This document shows positions 10,869 to 21,599 of a stretch of 64,000 nt of DNA, in pieces; the stretch's first letter is position 1, and every line of letters begins with the position of its first letter. A program made the translations under genes and the position numbers. The notes beneath the pieces were generated by a model. That model did not search any database. It saw nothing but the letters and a program-made list of their open reading frames with translations, and was not told the origin of the DNA. The stretch is from Snowella sp. (GTDB lineage: Bacteria > Cyanobacteriota > Cyanobacteriia > Cyanobacteriales > Microcystaceae). The DNA is taken from assembly GCA_035285545.1 (NCBI GenBank), contig JAYKGY010000026.1:1-64000 (forward strand), written 5' to 3'.

Positions 10869-10870
10869 TA

Positions 10871-11137
10871 ATGAAAGTCAAATTTGAATCAAAATTTGTC
10901 AAAGACTTGAAAAAGCTTAGAGATCCGAAGTTACTGTCTAATATCAAAGCTATTATCAATGAATGTAAATTAACTACGGAAATAAGCGGAATTAGCAATC
11001 TAAAAAAGCTCAAAGGTTTTCAAAGCTTCTATCGTATCAAAATAGGAGATTATCGAATTGGAATAGAAATAATTGATAATGAACTTATTTTTGTTCGTAT
11101 TTTACATAGAAAAGAAATTTATCGTTTCTTCCCTTGA
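10871..11137 (+). CDS. Type II TA toxin, RelE/ParE family
   Basis: KFVKDLKKL...LKKLKG...YRIKIGDYRIG...RILHRKEIYRFFP. Confidence 0.9.
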   Translation: MKVKFESKFVKDLKKLRDPKLLSNIKAIINECKLTTEISGISNLKKLKGFQSFYRIKIGDYRIGIEIIDNELIFVRILHRKEIYRFFP

Positions 11138-11269
11138 CCCTTCTAATCCAAATCGCTAAGACATAAGTTCCAAATTTCTTCATGTGGAAGTCCATAGCTC
11201 AACTTTTCCCTTTTGAGGGGTTAACCCTGCTAGGATCAAAAAAGACCTGCTTAATATATCGTTACAATC

Positions 11270-11916
11270 ATGGCTAGAGACTGACGGGGATTCATCCAAC
11301 TACTCGAAGAACGGGGACAACTGAAACGGATCAAGGCTTTAGTCGATCCTGATTTGGAAATTGCAGAAATCTCTAATCGGATGCTACAAGCAGGCGGGCC
11401 AGGCTTATTGTTTGAGAATGTTAAAGGCTCTGATTTTCCTGTTGCGGTTAACCTCATGGGAACCGTAGAGCGCATTTGCTGGGCCATGAATATGCAGCAT
11501 CCCTTGGAATTAGAAGAGCTAGGGAAAAAGCTATCCATGTTGCAACAGCCCAAACCGCCGAAGAAAATCTCTCAAGCCATTGATTTTGGTCAAGTCCTGT
11601 TTGATGTCCTCAAAGCCAAACCTGGTCGAGACTTTTTTTCCTCCTTGCCAACAGGTTGTTATTGAAAGAGAAGGGTTAGACCTTAATAAAATCCCAATGA
11701 TTCGCCCCTATCCAGGGGATGCAAGGAAAATCATTACCCTTGGCTTAGTGATTACCAGAGATTGCGAAACCGGAACCCCTAATGTGGGCGTGTATCGGCT
11801 GCAACTACAATCAAAAAACACCATGACGGTTCACTGGCTCTCGGTACGAGGGGGCGCAAGATATTTACGCAAAGCTGCTGAAGCAGGAAAGAAATTAGAA
11901 ATCGCGATCGCGCTTT
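11270..11916 (+). pseudogene. ubiD: UbiD-family decarboxylase pseudogene (nonsense codon, frameshift and 3' truncation)
   Basis: MARD*RGFIQLLEERGQLKRI with TGA at 11282. A frameshift in the T-run near 11632-11640 moves from KPGRDFF to PPCQQVV in another frame. NVGVYRLQ is present. Homology ends at KKLEIAIAL after about 215 codons. Confidence 0.85.
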
Positions 11917-12011
11917 TATTTAATTTATCATGGCAATTAACGACAAGAGCCTGAGTGCATAGGGCTTGGGCAACCTAAATGAGGTCTGATTAATTTAATT
12001 GGAAACGAGTG

Positions 12012-12040
12012 TTGCTCTTTTACACCATATTCCCTATAAT
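12012..12040 (+). promoter_or_regulatory. Putative sigma70 promoter of the ribosomal superoperon
   Basis: TTGCTC (12012-12017), 17-nt spacer, TATAAT (12035-12040). Confidence 0.55.
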
Positions 12041-12046
12041 GGTTGA

Positions 12047-12357
12047 TCGCGACCAAAATAGCATTAATCGATAAAATCTGGTTTAACGCCTTGGACGCAA
12101 CGCCGCCTGAAGATACTGAGGAAATTCCTCCTTAAGTCGGAAAGGAAATAACGGCAACCCGACTTAACTGGTATGTAGGATTAACTCTCCCTACCGCTAT
12201 TAAGTTAACCGGATCGATCAAGAACTTTCTTGATATTTTCCATCAGCAAAGAGCCATTATCAGCTTCGGCCTTAAGGCGAGGATTTTCTGTCTCGTCGGT
12301 TCTTTACTGAGCATTTATTGTCAACCTAATTTTACATATAAAGTAGAGGGTTAAACC
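12047..12357 (+). promoter_or_regulatory. Long structured 5' leader of rplC
   Basis: Stems TTAAGTCGG/CCGACTTAA (12132-12167), GTAGG/CCTAC (12175-12194) and ATCAAGAA/TTCTTGAT (12217-12234). Confidence 0.45.
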
Positions 12358-12999
12358 GTGTCTATCGGTATTTTAGGGACAAAATTGGGCATGACCCAAA
12401 TCTTTGATACAGAGAAAGGAACTGCTATTCCTGTCACTGTGGTTCAAGTCGGCCCTTGTCCTGTTACACAAGTTAAAACGCCCGAAACGGATGGTTATAG
12501 TTCTATCCAAGTCGGTTATTTAGATGTTAAAGAAAAAGCACTGAGCAAGCCTGAAATTGGCCATCTCAGCAAAGCAGGGGTTACACCCAAACGCCATTTA
12601 AAAGAATATCGTTTAGATGACGCTTCCCAATATGAAGTTGGACAAGTTTTAAGTGCTGATATTTTTAATGTCGGTGATTTAGTCGATGTGTCTGGTCAGA
12701 GCATGGGACGCGGTTTCGCGGGTTATCAAAAACGCCACAATTTCCGTCGCGGTAATATGACCCACGGTTCTAAGAGCCATCGGACACCAGGTTCAACGGG
12801 TGCAGGTACAACCCCTGGTCGTGTCTATCCTGGCAAACGCATGGCAGGCCAGTATGGTGCATCTCAGGTCACAATCCGTCGGTTGACTGTGGTAAGAGTG
12901 GACGCTGAACGGAATCTCTTGCTCATCAAAGGAGCCTTACCAGGGAAACCAGGCACGCTGGTAAACATTACGCCGACTAACAAGGTAGGCCGTAAATAA
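12358..12999 (+). CDS. rplC: 50S ribosomal protein L3
   Basis: [38 protein letters not shown]. Confidence 0.98.
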   Translation: MSIGILGTKLGMTQIFDTEKGTAIPVTVVQVGPCPVTQVKTPETDGYSSIQVGYLDVKEKALSKPEIGHLSKAGVTPKRHLKEYRLDDASQYEVGQVLSADIFNVGDLVDVSGQSMGRGFAGYQKRHNFRRGNMTHGSKSHRTPGSTGAGTTPGRVYPGKRMAGQYGASQVTIRRLTVVRVDAERNLLLIKGALPGKPGTLVNITPTNKVGRK

Positions 13000-13036
13000 A
13001 AGGATAAACCTCTGACCACGGATCAAGTGAAATATT

Positions 13037-13669
13037 ATGGCTAACTATGTAGTGAAAAATTGGCAAGGGGAAGCAAACGGTGAAGCTTCTCTTGACCTAA
13101 AGGTGGCGAAGGATGAAAACGCCAAGCATATTGTGCATCGGGCATTAGTGCGTCAACAAACCAATGCTCGTCAAGGAACCGCTTCGACCAAAACTCGTGC
13201 GGAAGTAAGAGGGGGGGGACGCAAGCCTTGGAAACAAAAAGGAACAGGACGGGCCCGTGCCGGTTCTAACCGTTCTCCGCTCTGGCGCGGTGGTGGTGTT
13301 ATCTTTGGGCCTCAGCCGAGAGATTTTAATATCAAAATGAATCGTAAAGAGCGTCGCTTGGCACTAAGAACGGCGATCGCTGGCCGAGGCGAGGATCTGA
13401 TTATTGTTGAATCCTTTGCTGATCAATTAACCCAACCCAAAACCAAAGAATTAGCCTCTGCGTTAACCCGTTGGGGAGCCGATCTCAATAAAAAAGTCTT
13501 AGTCATTCTCGACGAGATTTCTGAAAATGTTCAATTATCTGCTCGCAATATGCCTTCGGTGAAGTTGCTCCGGGCCGATAGCTTGAATATTTACGATATT
13601 TTAGTGGCTCATAAAATTGTGGCGACCTCTGAGGCGATCGCAAAACTTCAGGAGGTTTACAATGACTAA
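13037..13669 (+). CDS. rplD: 50S ribosomal protein L4
   Basis: [33 protein letters not shown]. Confidence 0.98.
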   Translation: MANYVVKNWQGEANGEASLDLKVAKDENAKHIVHRALVRQQTNARQGTASTKTRAEVRGGGRKPWKQKGTGRARAGSNRSPLWRGGGVIFGPQPRDFNIKMNRKERRLALRTAIAGRGEDLIIVESFADQLTQPKTKELASALTRWGADLNKKVLVILDEISENVQLSARNMPSVKLLRADSLNIYDILVAHKIVATSEAIAKLQEVYND

Positions 13670-13964
13670 GCTCGATACCCGTAATTTGGCTGATTTAATC
13701 ATCAAGCCCCTTGTCACCGAAAAGGCGACTTTATTACTGGAACAAAATCAATACGTGTTTGAAGTTGTTCCCAAAGCAACCAAGCCCGAAATTAAAGCGG
13801 CGATCGAAGCTTTGTTTGATGTCAAGGTAACCAGCGTCAACACAGCCCGTCCTCCCCGCAAGAAAAAAAGAGTCGGTCGGTTCCTCGGTTTTAAACCTCA
13901 AATTAAACGGGCGATCGTCACACTCCAAGAAGGCGACTCTATCAATCTGTTCCCAGAAGTCTAG
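13662..13964 (+). CDS. rplW: 50S ribosomal protein L23
   Basis: [40 protein letters not shown] precedes ATG at 13662. Confidence 0.97.
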   Translation: MTKLDTRNLADLIIKPLVTEKATLLLEQNQYVFEVVPKATKPEIKAAIEALFDVKVTSVNTARPPRKKKRVGRFLGFKPQIKRAIVTLQEGDSINLFPEV

Positions 13965-14046
13965 TTGTCTTGCTATCTTTGGCTTTGCACTTTAGTTAAA
14001 GTCATCACCAGTTCAAAATCATTAATCTAAACACCAAAATTGAACT

Positions 14047-14877
14047 ATGGGTATCCGTACTTATCGGCCAATGACTCCCGGAACTCGGCAGGCGAATGTC
14101 TCCGACTTCAGCGAGATTACTAAAAGTAAGCCGGAAAAATCATTAACAACCTTTAAACACAACAAAAAAGGTCGCAATAATCGCGGGGTGATTACCAGTC
14201 GCCATCGCGGAGGTGGCCACAAACGGTTATATCGGATCGTTGATTTCCGTCGTGACAAACGCAATGTTCCTGCTAAAGTAGCAGCCATTGAATACGATCC
14301 CAACCGTAACGCTCGTATTGCCCTTTTGTTTTATCAAGATGGGGAAAAACGTTATATTTTAGCTCCTGCGGGGTTAACCGTTGGCACAATTGTTTTAGCT
14401 GGCGAAGATGCCCCCTTTGAAGTCGGTAACGCCCTTCCTTTAAGCAAAATTCCTTTGGGTACTGAAGTTCACAACATCGAACTTGTTGCGGGAAAAGGGG
14501 GACAAATGGTGCGGGCTGCGGGGGCCGCGGCTCAAGTTGTAGCCAAAGAAGGCGACTATGTAACGATCCGTCTGCCGTCAAAAGAAGTGCGGATGGTGAG
14601 AAAAGAGTGCTATGCCACCATCGGTAAAGTGGGTAACGCTGACGTTCGGAACATTACCTTAGGGAAAGCGGGACGGACTCGCCGTTTAGGTCGTCGGCCC
14701 CATGTTCGGGGTAGTGTCATGAACCCGGTGGATCACCCCCATGGAGGTGGAGAAGGCCGCGCACCCATCGGTCGTTCTGGCCCTGTTACACCTTGGGGTA
14801 AACCCGCACTGGGAGCCAAAACCCGTAATAAGAAAAAACGCAGCAGTGGGCTTATCGTTCGCCGCCGCACGAAATAA
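14047..14877 (+). CDS. rplB: 50S ribosomal protein L2
   Basis: [41 protein letters not shown]. Confidence 0.98.
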   Translation: MGIRTYRPMTPGTRQANVSDFSEITKSKPEKSLTTFKHNKKGRNNRGVITSRHRGGGHKRLYRIVDFRRDKRNVPAKVAAIEYDPNRNARIALLFYQDGEKRYILAPAGLTVGTIVLAGEDAPFEVGNALPLSKIPLGTEVHNIELVAGKGGQMVRAAGAAAQVVAKEGDYVTIRLPSKEVRMVRKECYATIGKVGNADVRNITLGKAGRTRRLGRRPHVRGSVMNPVDHPHGGGEGRAPIGRSGPVTPWGKPALGAKTRNKKKRSSGLIVRRRTK

Positions 14878-14913
14878 CATCTATCCATTTAGCAGTATCA
14901 TCAGTATCCAACT

Positions 14914-15195
14914 ATGGGTCGTTCTCTTAAAAAAGGGCCATTCGTTGCCGACAGTCTTCTCAGTAAAATCGAGAAGCTCAACGCGAAAAACGAAAAAACC
15001 GTCATTAAAACCTGGTCACGGGCTTCTACCATTCTTCCTGAAATGATTGGTCACACGATCGCGGTTCACAACGGCAAACAACACGTTCCTGTCTTTGTCT
15101 CTGAGCAAATGGTGGGGCATAAACTGGGTGAATTCGCACCTACCCGTACCTTTCGGGGTCATGCCAAGAGCGATAAAAAATCGGGTCGAAAATAA
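14914..15195 (+). CDS. rpsS: 30S ribosomal protein S19
   Basis: [28 protein letters not shown]. Confidence 0.98.
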   Translation: MGRSLKKGPFVADSLLSKIEKLNAKNEKTVIKTWSRASTILPEMIGHTIAVHNGKQHVPVFVSEQMVGHKLGEFAPTRTFRGHAKSDKKSGRK

Positions 15196-15209
15196 CGAGG
15201 TAAAACACT

Positions 15210-15569
15210 ATGGCGATCAATACAACAGTAGAGGCTAAGGCGATCGCGCGTTATGTGCGAATGTCTCCCTACAAAGTGCGTCGGGTACTCGATCAAATTC
15301 GAGGACGTTCCTATCGGGAAGCCCTGATTATTCTAGAGTTTATGCCTTACAAAGCCTGCGAACCCATTCTGAAAGCCCTCCGCTCAGCCGTTGCTAACGC
15401 AGAACATAACGAAGGACTTGATCCCGCAACCTTAGTTGTTAGTCAAGCCTTTGCCGATGGCGGCCCCAGCCTAAGACGTTTTCGTCCTCGCGCTCAAGGT
15501 CGAGCTTACCAAATTCGTAAACCTACCTGTCACATCACCGTTGCCGTCGCGCCCGGATTGACAGAATAA
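15210..15569 (+). CDS. rplV: 50S ribosomal protein L22
   Basis: [33 protein letters not shown]. Confidence 0.98.
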   Translation: MAINTTVEAKAIARYVRMSPYKVRRVLDQIRGRSYREALIILEFMPYKACEPILKALRSAVANAEHNEGLDPATLVVSQAFADGGPSLRRFRPRAQGRAYQIRKPTCHITVAVAPGLTE

Positions 15570-15619
15570 TCAGCCAACTACTGGCCAAGCAAAGCTAACG
15601 TAACGTTACAGTTAAAAAA

Positions 15620-16351
15620 ATGGGACAAAAGATACATCCAGTCGGCTTTCGTCTTGGTATTACCAAAGAACACAAATCCTGTTGGTATGCCGATACAAAA
15701 CGCTATCCAGAACTGCTGCAAGAAGATAACAAAATTCGGCAATATGTCGAAAAAAATCTCAGTAATGCGGGTATTGCTGACATCCATATCGAACGCAAAG
15801 CCGATCAAATCGAACTCGCTATTCATACCGCCAGACCAGGTGTGGTCGTTGGTCGGGGTGGCGCAGGAATTGAACAATTGCGCTTAGGTATTCAAGCAGC
15901 CCTCGGTGGTAATCGCCAAATTCGGGTTAATGTCGTCGAAGTGGCACGGGTTGATGCGGATGCTCGCTTAATTGCTGAATATATTGCTCAACAATTGGAG
16001 CGTCGGGTTTCCTTCCGTCGTGTGGTTCGTCAAGCGATTCAACGGGCGCAACGGGCTGAAGTCAAAGGCATTAAGATCCAAGTCAGTGGCCGTCTCAACG
16101 GAGCAGAAATTGCTCGGACAGAATGGGTTCGTGAAGGACGAGTTCCCTTACATACCCTGCGGGCGGACATTGATTACTCCTATGTCACAGCGAAAACGAC
16201 CTACGGGATTTTGGGCATTAAAGTCTGGATCTTTAAAGGCGAAATTATCCCTGGCCAAGAACTCGCCCCCGTAGCAGTTCCTGCGGCTCAACCCCGCCGT
16301 AAGTCCTCTCGTCGTCAACAATTTGAAGACCGCTCTGAAGATAGGGAATAG
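15620..16351 (+). CDS. rpsC: 30S ribosomal protein S3
   Basis: [37 protein letters not shown]. Confidence 0.98.
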   Translation: MGQKIHPVGFRLGITKEHKSCWYADTKRYPELLQEDNKIRQYVEKNLSNAGIADIHIERKADQIELAIHTARPGVVVGRGGAGIEQLRLGIQAALGGNRQIRVNVVEVARVDADARLIAEYIAQQLERRVSFRRVVRQAIQRAQRAEVKGIKIQVSGRLNGAEIARTEWVREGRVPLHTLRADIDYSYVTAKTTYGILGIKVWIFKGEIIPGQELAPVAVPAAQPRRKSSRRQQFEDRSEDRE

Positions 16352-16391
16352 GAAATAGAAAATAGTCAGTAGTAAAGACTGAAATTCATTT

Positions 16392-16456
16392 TCAATTATT
16401 AACTATCCAGCTATTAACTATTCATTATCAACTATCAATTATTCATTACTAATTAA
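16392..16456. repeat. Degenerate heptamer tandem repeats (STRR-like)
   Basis: Units such as aactatt / aactatc / cattatc in the rpsC-rplP spacer. Confidence 0.65.
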
Positions 16457-16458
16457 CC

Positions 16459-16878
16459 ATGCTTAGTCCTAGAAGAACTAAATTCCGCAAACAACAACGC
16501 GGACGGATGAGGGGGTTAGCGGATCGAGGCAGCACCATCAGCTTCGGAGAATACGCGCTCCAAGCCACTGAACCCAGTTGGATTACAGCTCGTCAAATTG
16601 AAGCTGCCCGTCGTGCCATGACCCGCTATATTCGTCGGGGTGGAAAAATCTGGATTCGGATATTTCCCGATAAACCCGTTACCCAACGTCCCGCAGAAAC
16701 TCGGATGGGTTCAGGTAAAGGTTCCCCTGAATTTTGGGTAGCCGTTGTTAAACCCGGTCGCATTATGTTTGAACTAGGCGGAGTTTCTGAAGAAGTCGCC
16801 CGCGAAGCAATGCGTCTGGCTGCTCAAAAATTACCCATTAAAACCAAGTTTATTACCCGTCAGGAGGAGTACGTTTAA
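16459..16878 (+). CDS. rplP: 50S ribosomal protein L16
   Basis: [33 protein letters not shown]. Confidence 0.98.
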   Translation: MLSPRRTKFRKQQRGRMRGLADRGSTISFGEYALQATEPSWITARQIEAARRAMTRYIRRGGKIWIRIFPDKPVTQRPAETRMGSGKGSPEFWVAVVKPGRIMFELGGVSEEVAREAMRLAAQKLPIKTKFITRQEEYV

Positions 16879-16880
16879 TC

Positions 16881-17096
16881 ATGGCTCTCCCCAAGATTGC
16901 TGATGTCAGAGCGTTAACTGACGATCAAATTGCTGATGAAATCCTTGCCGCTAAGCGCAAATTGTTTGAACTGCGGTTTCAACAAGCGACCCGTCGTTTA
17001 GAGAAGCCCCACGAGTTCAAGCATACTCGCCATCGCTTAGCCCAACTCCTCACCGTTGAACGGGAGCGGCAGTTAAAGCAAGGTGCTGAACAGTAA
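16881..17096 (+). CDS. rpmC: 50S ribosomal protein L29
   Basis: LFELRFQQAT...KPHEFKHTRHRLAQLLT; position in operon. Confidence 0.96.
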   Translation: MALPKIADVRALTDDQIADEILAAKRKLFELRFQQATRRLEKPHEFKHTRHRLAQLLTVERERQLKQGAEQ

Positions 17097-17138
17097 TTCC
17101 TTTTCTTATCATTCCCACTCTCAAATCTAAAATCGATT

Positions 17139-17378
17139 ATGGCAGTCAAAGAAAGAGTCGGCGTTGTTGTTAGTAACAAAATGGATAAAACTGTGGTTGT
17201 TGCTATCGAAAACCGCTCTCCTCACCCCAAATACGGCAAAATCGTCGTTAAAACCAAAAAGTTTAAAGCCCACGACGAAGAAAACCAGTGTAAAGAAGGC
17301 GATCGCGTCCGTATACAGGAAACCCGCCCTCTGAGTAAAACCAAACGCTGGACAGTTGCCGAAATTCTGACCCATTAA
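17139..17378 (+). CDS. rpsQ: 30S ribosomal protein S17
   Basis: [25 protein letters not shown]. Confidence 0.98.
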   Translation: MAVKERVGVVVSNKMDKTVVVAIENRSPHPKYGKIVVKTKKFKAHDEENQCKEGDRVRIQETRPLSKTKRWTVAEILTH

Positions 17379-17408
17379 ACCTCAGTTCATCACTTTCTGG
17401 AAACCGTC

Positions 17409-17777
17409 GTGATTCAACAACAAACCTACCTCAATGTCGCTGACAATAGCGGCGCTCGCAAATTAATGTGTCTGCGGGTCTTAGGAACGGGTAACTGCAC
17501 CTATGGCGGCATTGGTGATCAAATCATCGCCGTTGTTAAGGATGCCATTCCCAATATGCCCGTCAAAAAATCCGATGTCGTGAAAGCGGTCATCGTGCGG
17601 ACTCGTCAAGCGGTTCGCCGTGAAAGCGGTATGAGCATTCGTTTTGATGACAATGCTGCTGTCATTATCAACAATGACGGAAATCCCAAAGGAACACGGG
17701 TTTTTGGCCCTGTTGCGCGGGAATTACGGGATAAAAACTATACCAAAATCGTTTCTCTAGCTCCGGAGGTAATCTAA
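17409..17777 (+). CDS. rplN: 50S ribosomal protein L14
   Basis: [31 protein letters not shown]. Confidence 0.98.
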   Translation: MIQQQTYLNVADNSGARKLMCLRVLGTGNCTYGGIGDQIIAVVKDAIPNMPVKKSDVVKAVIVRTRQAVRRESGMSIRFDDNAAVIINNDGNPKGTRVFGPVARELRDKNYTKIVSLAPEVI

Positions 17778-18127
17778 TGACTAACAAGTCTGATGCCCCT
17801 AAACGCTATAAAATGCACGTCAAAAAAGGCGACACGGTTCAAATCATTTCGGGTAAAGATAAGGGGAAAGTGGGCGAAATCCTAAGAACCCTTCCGAAAA
17901 AGAGCCAAGTCGTTATTAAAGGGGTCAACATCCGCACTAAGCACGTTAAACCCCAACAAGAAGGCGAATCGGGTCAAATCAGTACCTACGAAGCTCCCAT
18001 CCACAGTTCCAAAGTGATGCTGTATTCCACCAAGGAAAAAGTGGCGAGCCGTGTGTGCTACACCTTCACCGATGATGGCCGTAAAGTCAGAATGCTAAAG
18101 AAAACAGGTGAAATCCTCGATAAATAG
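17777..18127 (+). CDS. rplX: 50S ribosomal protein L24
   Basis: KOW motif [27 protein letters not shown]. Confidence 0.97.
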   Translation: MTNKSDAPKRYKMHVKKGDTVQIISGKDKGKVGEILRTLPKKSQVVIKGVNIRTKHVKPQQEGESGQISTYEAPIHSSKVMLYSTKEKVASRVCYTFTDDGRKVRMLKKTGEILDK

Positions 18128-18143
18128 ATTAGTTAAAAATTTA

Positions 18144-18237
18144 AAGTGAATAGTGAATAGTCAATCGGTTTCAACCTATCAGCTGTCAACTACGAACTTA
18201 TTTTAACTATTAACTATTAATTCTTCTCTATTAACTG
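18144..18237. repeat. Heptamer tandem repeats in inverted arrangement (STRR-like)
   Basis: agtgaat units followed by taactat units in the rplX-rplE spacer. Confidence 0.6.
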
Positions 18238-18269
18238 TTTCCTGACCAAGCCCAGGACTACGAAAAACC

Positions 18270-18815
18270 ATGAAAGCACCACTCAAAAAGATTTATCAGG
18301 ACACCATTGTTGCCCAACTTAAAGAACAGTTTGGCTACAAAAACGTCCATGAAGTTCCCAAAGTCACGAAAGTTACTATTAACCGAGGATTAGGGGAAGC
18401 TTCTCAAAACGCCAAAGCGTTAGAATCATCGATCGCCGAATTAGCCACCATTAGCGGACAAAAACCCGTTGTGACCCGTGCTAAAAAAGCGATCGCGGGT
18501 TTCAAGATTCGAGAAGGAATGCCCGTCGGGGTCATGGTTACCTTACGGTCTGATCGGATGTATGCCTTCCTAGACCGATTCATTAATTTAGCACTCCCCC
18601 GCATTCGAGATTTTCGCGGCGTTAGCTCCACCAGCTTTGATGGTCGTGGTAACTACAGCATCGGGATTCGAGAACAACTCATTTTCCCAGAGATTACCTA
18701 CGATAGCATCGATCAAATTCGGGGCTTCGATATCTCAATCATCACCACCGCTAAAACCGATGAAGAAGGTCGCGCCTTACTAAAAGCGATGGGGATGCCC
18801 TTTAGAAATCAATAG
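18270..18815 (+). CDS. rplE: 50S ribosomal protein L5
   Basis: [38 protein letters not shown]. Confidence 0.98.
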   Translation: MKAPLKKIYQDTIVAQLKEQFGYKNVHEVPKVTKVTINRGLGEASQNAKALESSIAELATISGQKPVVTRAKKAIAGFKIREGMPVGVMVTLRSDRMYAFLDRFINLALPRIRDFRGVSSTSFDGRGNYSIGIREQLIFPEITYDSIDQIRGFDISIITTAKTDEEGRALLKAMGMPFRNQ

Positions 18816-18948
18816 TTAATTGATAATGAAAAATTGATGATGGATAATGAGCAGTCTAGCCAATGTTGAGAGTTTAAAAACTTAAAGCATTTTAAGCTCT
18901 TTAAAAGCAAAAACTTAATTATCAACTATCAATTATCAACTATCAATT
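18813..18948. repeat. Heptamer tandem repeats in inverted arrangement (STRR-like)
   Basis: tgataat-like units, then tatcaac/tatcaat units, in the rplE-rpsH spacer. Confidence 0.6.
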
Positions 18949-18983
18949 AAAAAGACTCCATTAGGAAAAAAACTTAAGGAATA

Positions 18984-19385
18984 ATGGCATCAAACGACAC
19001 AATTTCCGATATGCTCACTCGCATCCGTAATGCCTGTGCAGTGAGACATCCGACAACCCTAGTCCCCACGACAAAAATGACCCGTAGCATTGCTCAAGTC
19101 CTCAAAGACGAAGGCTTTATCGAAGGGTTTGAAGAAGTGGGTGAAGGCATCAAAAGTAACCTCGTTCTCACCTTGAAATACAAAGGTAAAAATCGTCAAC
19201 CTTTGATCAATACCTTACAACGGGTGAGCAAACCAGGCTTACGTGTTTATTCTCCTTCCAAAGATATTCCCAGAGTGCTGGGCGGGATCGGTATCGCGAT
19301 CGTCTCCACCTCTCACGGAATCATGACGGATCGAGAAGCCCGTCGTCAGGGAATTGGCGGCGAAATCCTTTGTTACATCTGGTAA
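18984..19385 (+). CDS. rpsH: 30S ribosomal protein S8
   Basis: [32 protein letters not shown]. Confidence 0.98.
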   Translation: MASNDTISDMLTRIRNACAVRHPTTLVPTTKMTRSIAQVLKDEGFIEGFEEVGEGIKSNLVLTLKYKGKNRQPLINTLQRVSKPGLRVYSPSKDIPRVLGGIGIAIVSTSHGIMTDREARRQGIGGEILCYIW

Positions 19386-19503
19386 TTTTAGGCAATAGTG
19401 CAAAAAACAGGAAATAGCAGGTTTATAACTCATTAGACTTTACTATTAACTGTTAACTATTCACTATTCACTAAAAATATAAAAATAATCACAGATTAAA
19501 ACT

Positions 19504-20049
19504 ATGTCTCGTATTGGTAAACGCCCCATCCCCATTCCGGCGAAAGTGACAATTGATATTAATGAAGGTCACTTAACCGTCAAAGGGCCCAAAGGCACCC
19601 TAGAACGCGATCTCCCTGAAAAAGTCACCGTTCAACAAGACGGGGAAACCCTCAATGTTGTCCGTCAAGACGAATCTCGGACTGCGCGGGAACGTCATGG
19701 GCTTGTTCGTACCTTAGTCGCCAACATGGTTGAAGGTGTTTCTAAGGGATTTGAAAAACGCCTTGACATTCAAGGGGTCGGTTATCGGGCCCAGGCTCAA
19801 GGCAGCAAAATTGTTCTGAACTTGGGATACAGTAAGCCTGTTGAAATGACCATGCCCCAAGGCATTCAAGTCGCGGTTGAAAACAACACCCAAGTCATTG
19901 TCAGTGGAATCGATAAAGAATTAGTCGGCAATATTGCTGCTAAAATTCGCGCCACTCGTCCTCCCGAACCTTACAAAGGGAAAGGGGTTCGCTATCTGGG
20001 TGAATTTGTCAGACGTAAAGCTGGTAAGACAGCCAAAGGTAAGAAATAA
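19504..20049 (+). CDS. rplF: 50S ribosomal protein L6
   Basis: [28 protein letters not shown]. Confidence 0.98.
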   Translation: MSRIGKRPIPIPAKVTIDINEGHLTVKGPKGTLERDLPEKVTVQQDGETLNVVRQDESRTARERHGLVRTLVANMVEGVSKGFEKRLDIQGVGYRAQAQGSKIVLNLGYSKPVEMTMPQGIQVAVENNTQVIVSGIDKELVGNIAAKIRATRPPEPYKGKGVRYLGEFVRRKAGKTAKGKK

Positions 20050-20051
20050 CC

Positions 20052-20414
20052 ATGAAATCTTCACGCAAAGAACTTGTTCAACGTCGCCATCAACGGATTC
20101 GGCGCAAAGTGAGTGGAACGGCCGAACGCCCTCGTTTAGCGGTTTTTCGTTCCAATCAGCATATCTATGCTCAATTAATTGATGATGTCGCTCAACACAC
20201 GATCGCGGCTGCATCGACTCTGGAAGCAGAGGTTAAAGAAAAATTAGATTCCACTGCTAATTCAGAAGCTTCAGCAACCGTGGGTAAACTCATTGCTCAA
20301 CGGGCTTTAGCCAAAGGCATTGAAGAAGTGGTATTTGATCGGGGTGGAAACCTCTATCATGGCCGTGTTAAATCCCTAGCAGATGCGGCTCGCGAAGCTG
20401 GGTTGAACTTTTAA
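20052..20414 (+). CDS. rplR: 50S ribosomal protein L18
   Basis: [30 protein letters not shown]. Confidence 0.98.
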   Translation: MKSSRKELVQRRHQRIRRKVSGTAERPRLAVFRSNQHIYAQLIDDVAQHTIAAASTLEAEVKEKLDSTANSEASATVGKLIAQRALAKGIEEVVFDRGGNLYHGRVKSLADAAREAGLNF

Positions 20415-20441
20415 ACATCCATTTAATCTAGAGGTTAAACT

Positions 20442-20963
20442 ATGGCAAAGCGTCGTAAAGGCAGCCGCACCAAAGCCCAAGAAACCAACTGGCAAGAGCG
20501 GGTTATTCAAATCCGTCGGGTTAGTAAGGTGGTTAAAGGCGGTAAAAAACTCAGCTTCCGCGCGATCGTTGTAGTAGGTAACGAAAACGGTCAAGTTGGC
20601 GTTGGGGTAGGCAAAGCAGGAGATGTGATCGGAGCCGTTCGTAAAGGGGTTGCCGATGGCAAAAAGCAATTGATTGATGTCAGCCTCACCAAAACCAATT
20701 CCATTACCCACATTACTAAAGGCGCGTCCGGCGGAGCCAACGTCATTATTCGTCCGGCTGCACCCGGTACAGGGGTAATTGCGGGGGGAGCGGTACGAAC
20801 CGTCTTAGAATTAGCAGGCGTTAAAAATATTCTTGCTAAACAATTAGGATCTAATAATCCTCTAAATAATGCGAGAGCTGCTGTTAACGCATTAGAAACT
20901 TTAAGGAGTTTTTCAGAAGTGGCAGAAGAAAGAGGTGTTCCCCTCGAACATCTTTATACTTAA
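20442..20963 (+). CDS. rpsE: 30S ribosomal protein S5
   Basis: [28 protein letters not shown]. Confidence 0.98.
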   Translation: MAKRRKGSRTKAQETNWQERVIQIRRVSKVVKGGKKLSFRAIVVVGNENGQVGVGVGKAGDVIGAVRKGVADGKKQLIDVSLTKTNSITHITKGASGGANVIIRPAAPGTGVIAGGAVRTVLELAGVKNILAKQLGSNNPLNNARAAVNALETLRSFSEVAEERGVPLEHLYT

Positions 20964-21057
20964 TTTTGCGGCTATTGATTGCCCTCAATTAAGTTTTATC
21001 TGGCTTTTGATATACTTTTGAAGCTGTTAAATTGAAATTCATTTACTGAGAAAAATT

Positions 21058-21504
21058 ATGCGATTAAATGAACTTGCTCCCAAAGAAGGGTCAACCAAGC
21101 GTCGCCGCCGAGTTGGTCGGGGAATTGCTGCGGGTCAAGGGGCGAGTTGTGGTTTTGGAATGCGGGGTCAAAAGTCTCGTTCCGGTCGTCCGACTCGTCC
21201 GGGATTTGAAGGGGGACAAATGCCGCTATACCGTCGTTTACCCAAACTCAAACACTTCCCTCTTGTCAATCCGAAACACTACACTATCGTCAATGTCGGT
21301 CAATTAGCAAAGTTAACTGCGAAGTCTGAAGTGACTTTAGAGAGTTTAATGGAAGCGGGTATCGTTACCGCAAATGATGGGCCTTTAAAAATTTTAGGCG
21401 GCGGGGAATTAAGCGTTGCTTTAACCGTTAAGGCGGCGGCTATTAGTGCCAGTGCTAAGGAAAAAATTGAAGCGGCGGGTGGAACGGTTATCATTAATGG
21501 ATAA
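21058..21504 (+). CDS. rplO: 50S ribosomal protein L15
   Basis: [26 protein letters not shown]. Confidence 0.98.
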   Translation: MRLNELAPKEGSTKRRRRVGRGIAAGQGASCGFGMRGQKSRSGRPTRPGFEGGQMPLYRRLPKLKHFPLVNPKHYTIVNVGQLAKLTAKSEVTLESLMEAGIVTANDGPLKILGGGELSVALTVKAAAISASAKEKIEAAGGTVIING

Positions 21505-21595
21505 TTAACAATGGACAATTGACAATTACAAGATAACAACTCCAACAATTATCAATCTCCATTCAATGAATTATCAATTATCCACTATCAATTAA
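21500..21595. repeat. Heptamer tandem repeats in inverted arrangement (STRR-like)
   Basis: acaatgg/acaattg units, then attatca units, in the rplO-secY spacer. Confidence 0.6.
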
Positions 21596-21599
21596 AATT

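Noticed and set aside
11282..11284. TGA as selenocysteine or programmed read-through in ubiD
   Set aside because: The position corresponds to Leu (MARDLRG), and the gene also has a frameshift and truncation.
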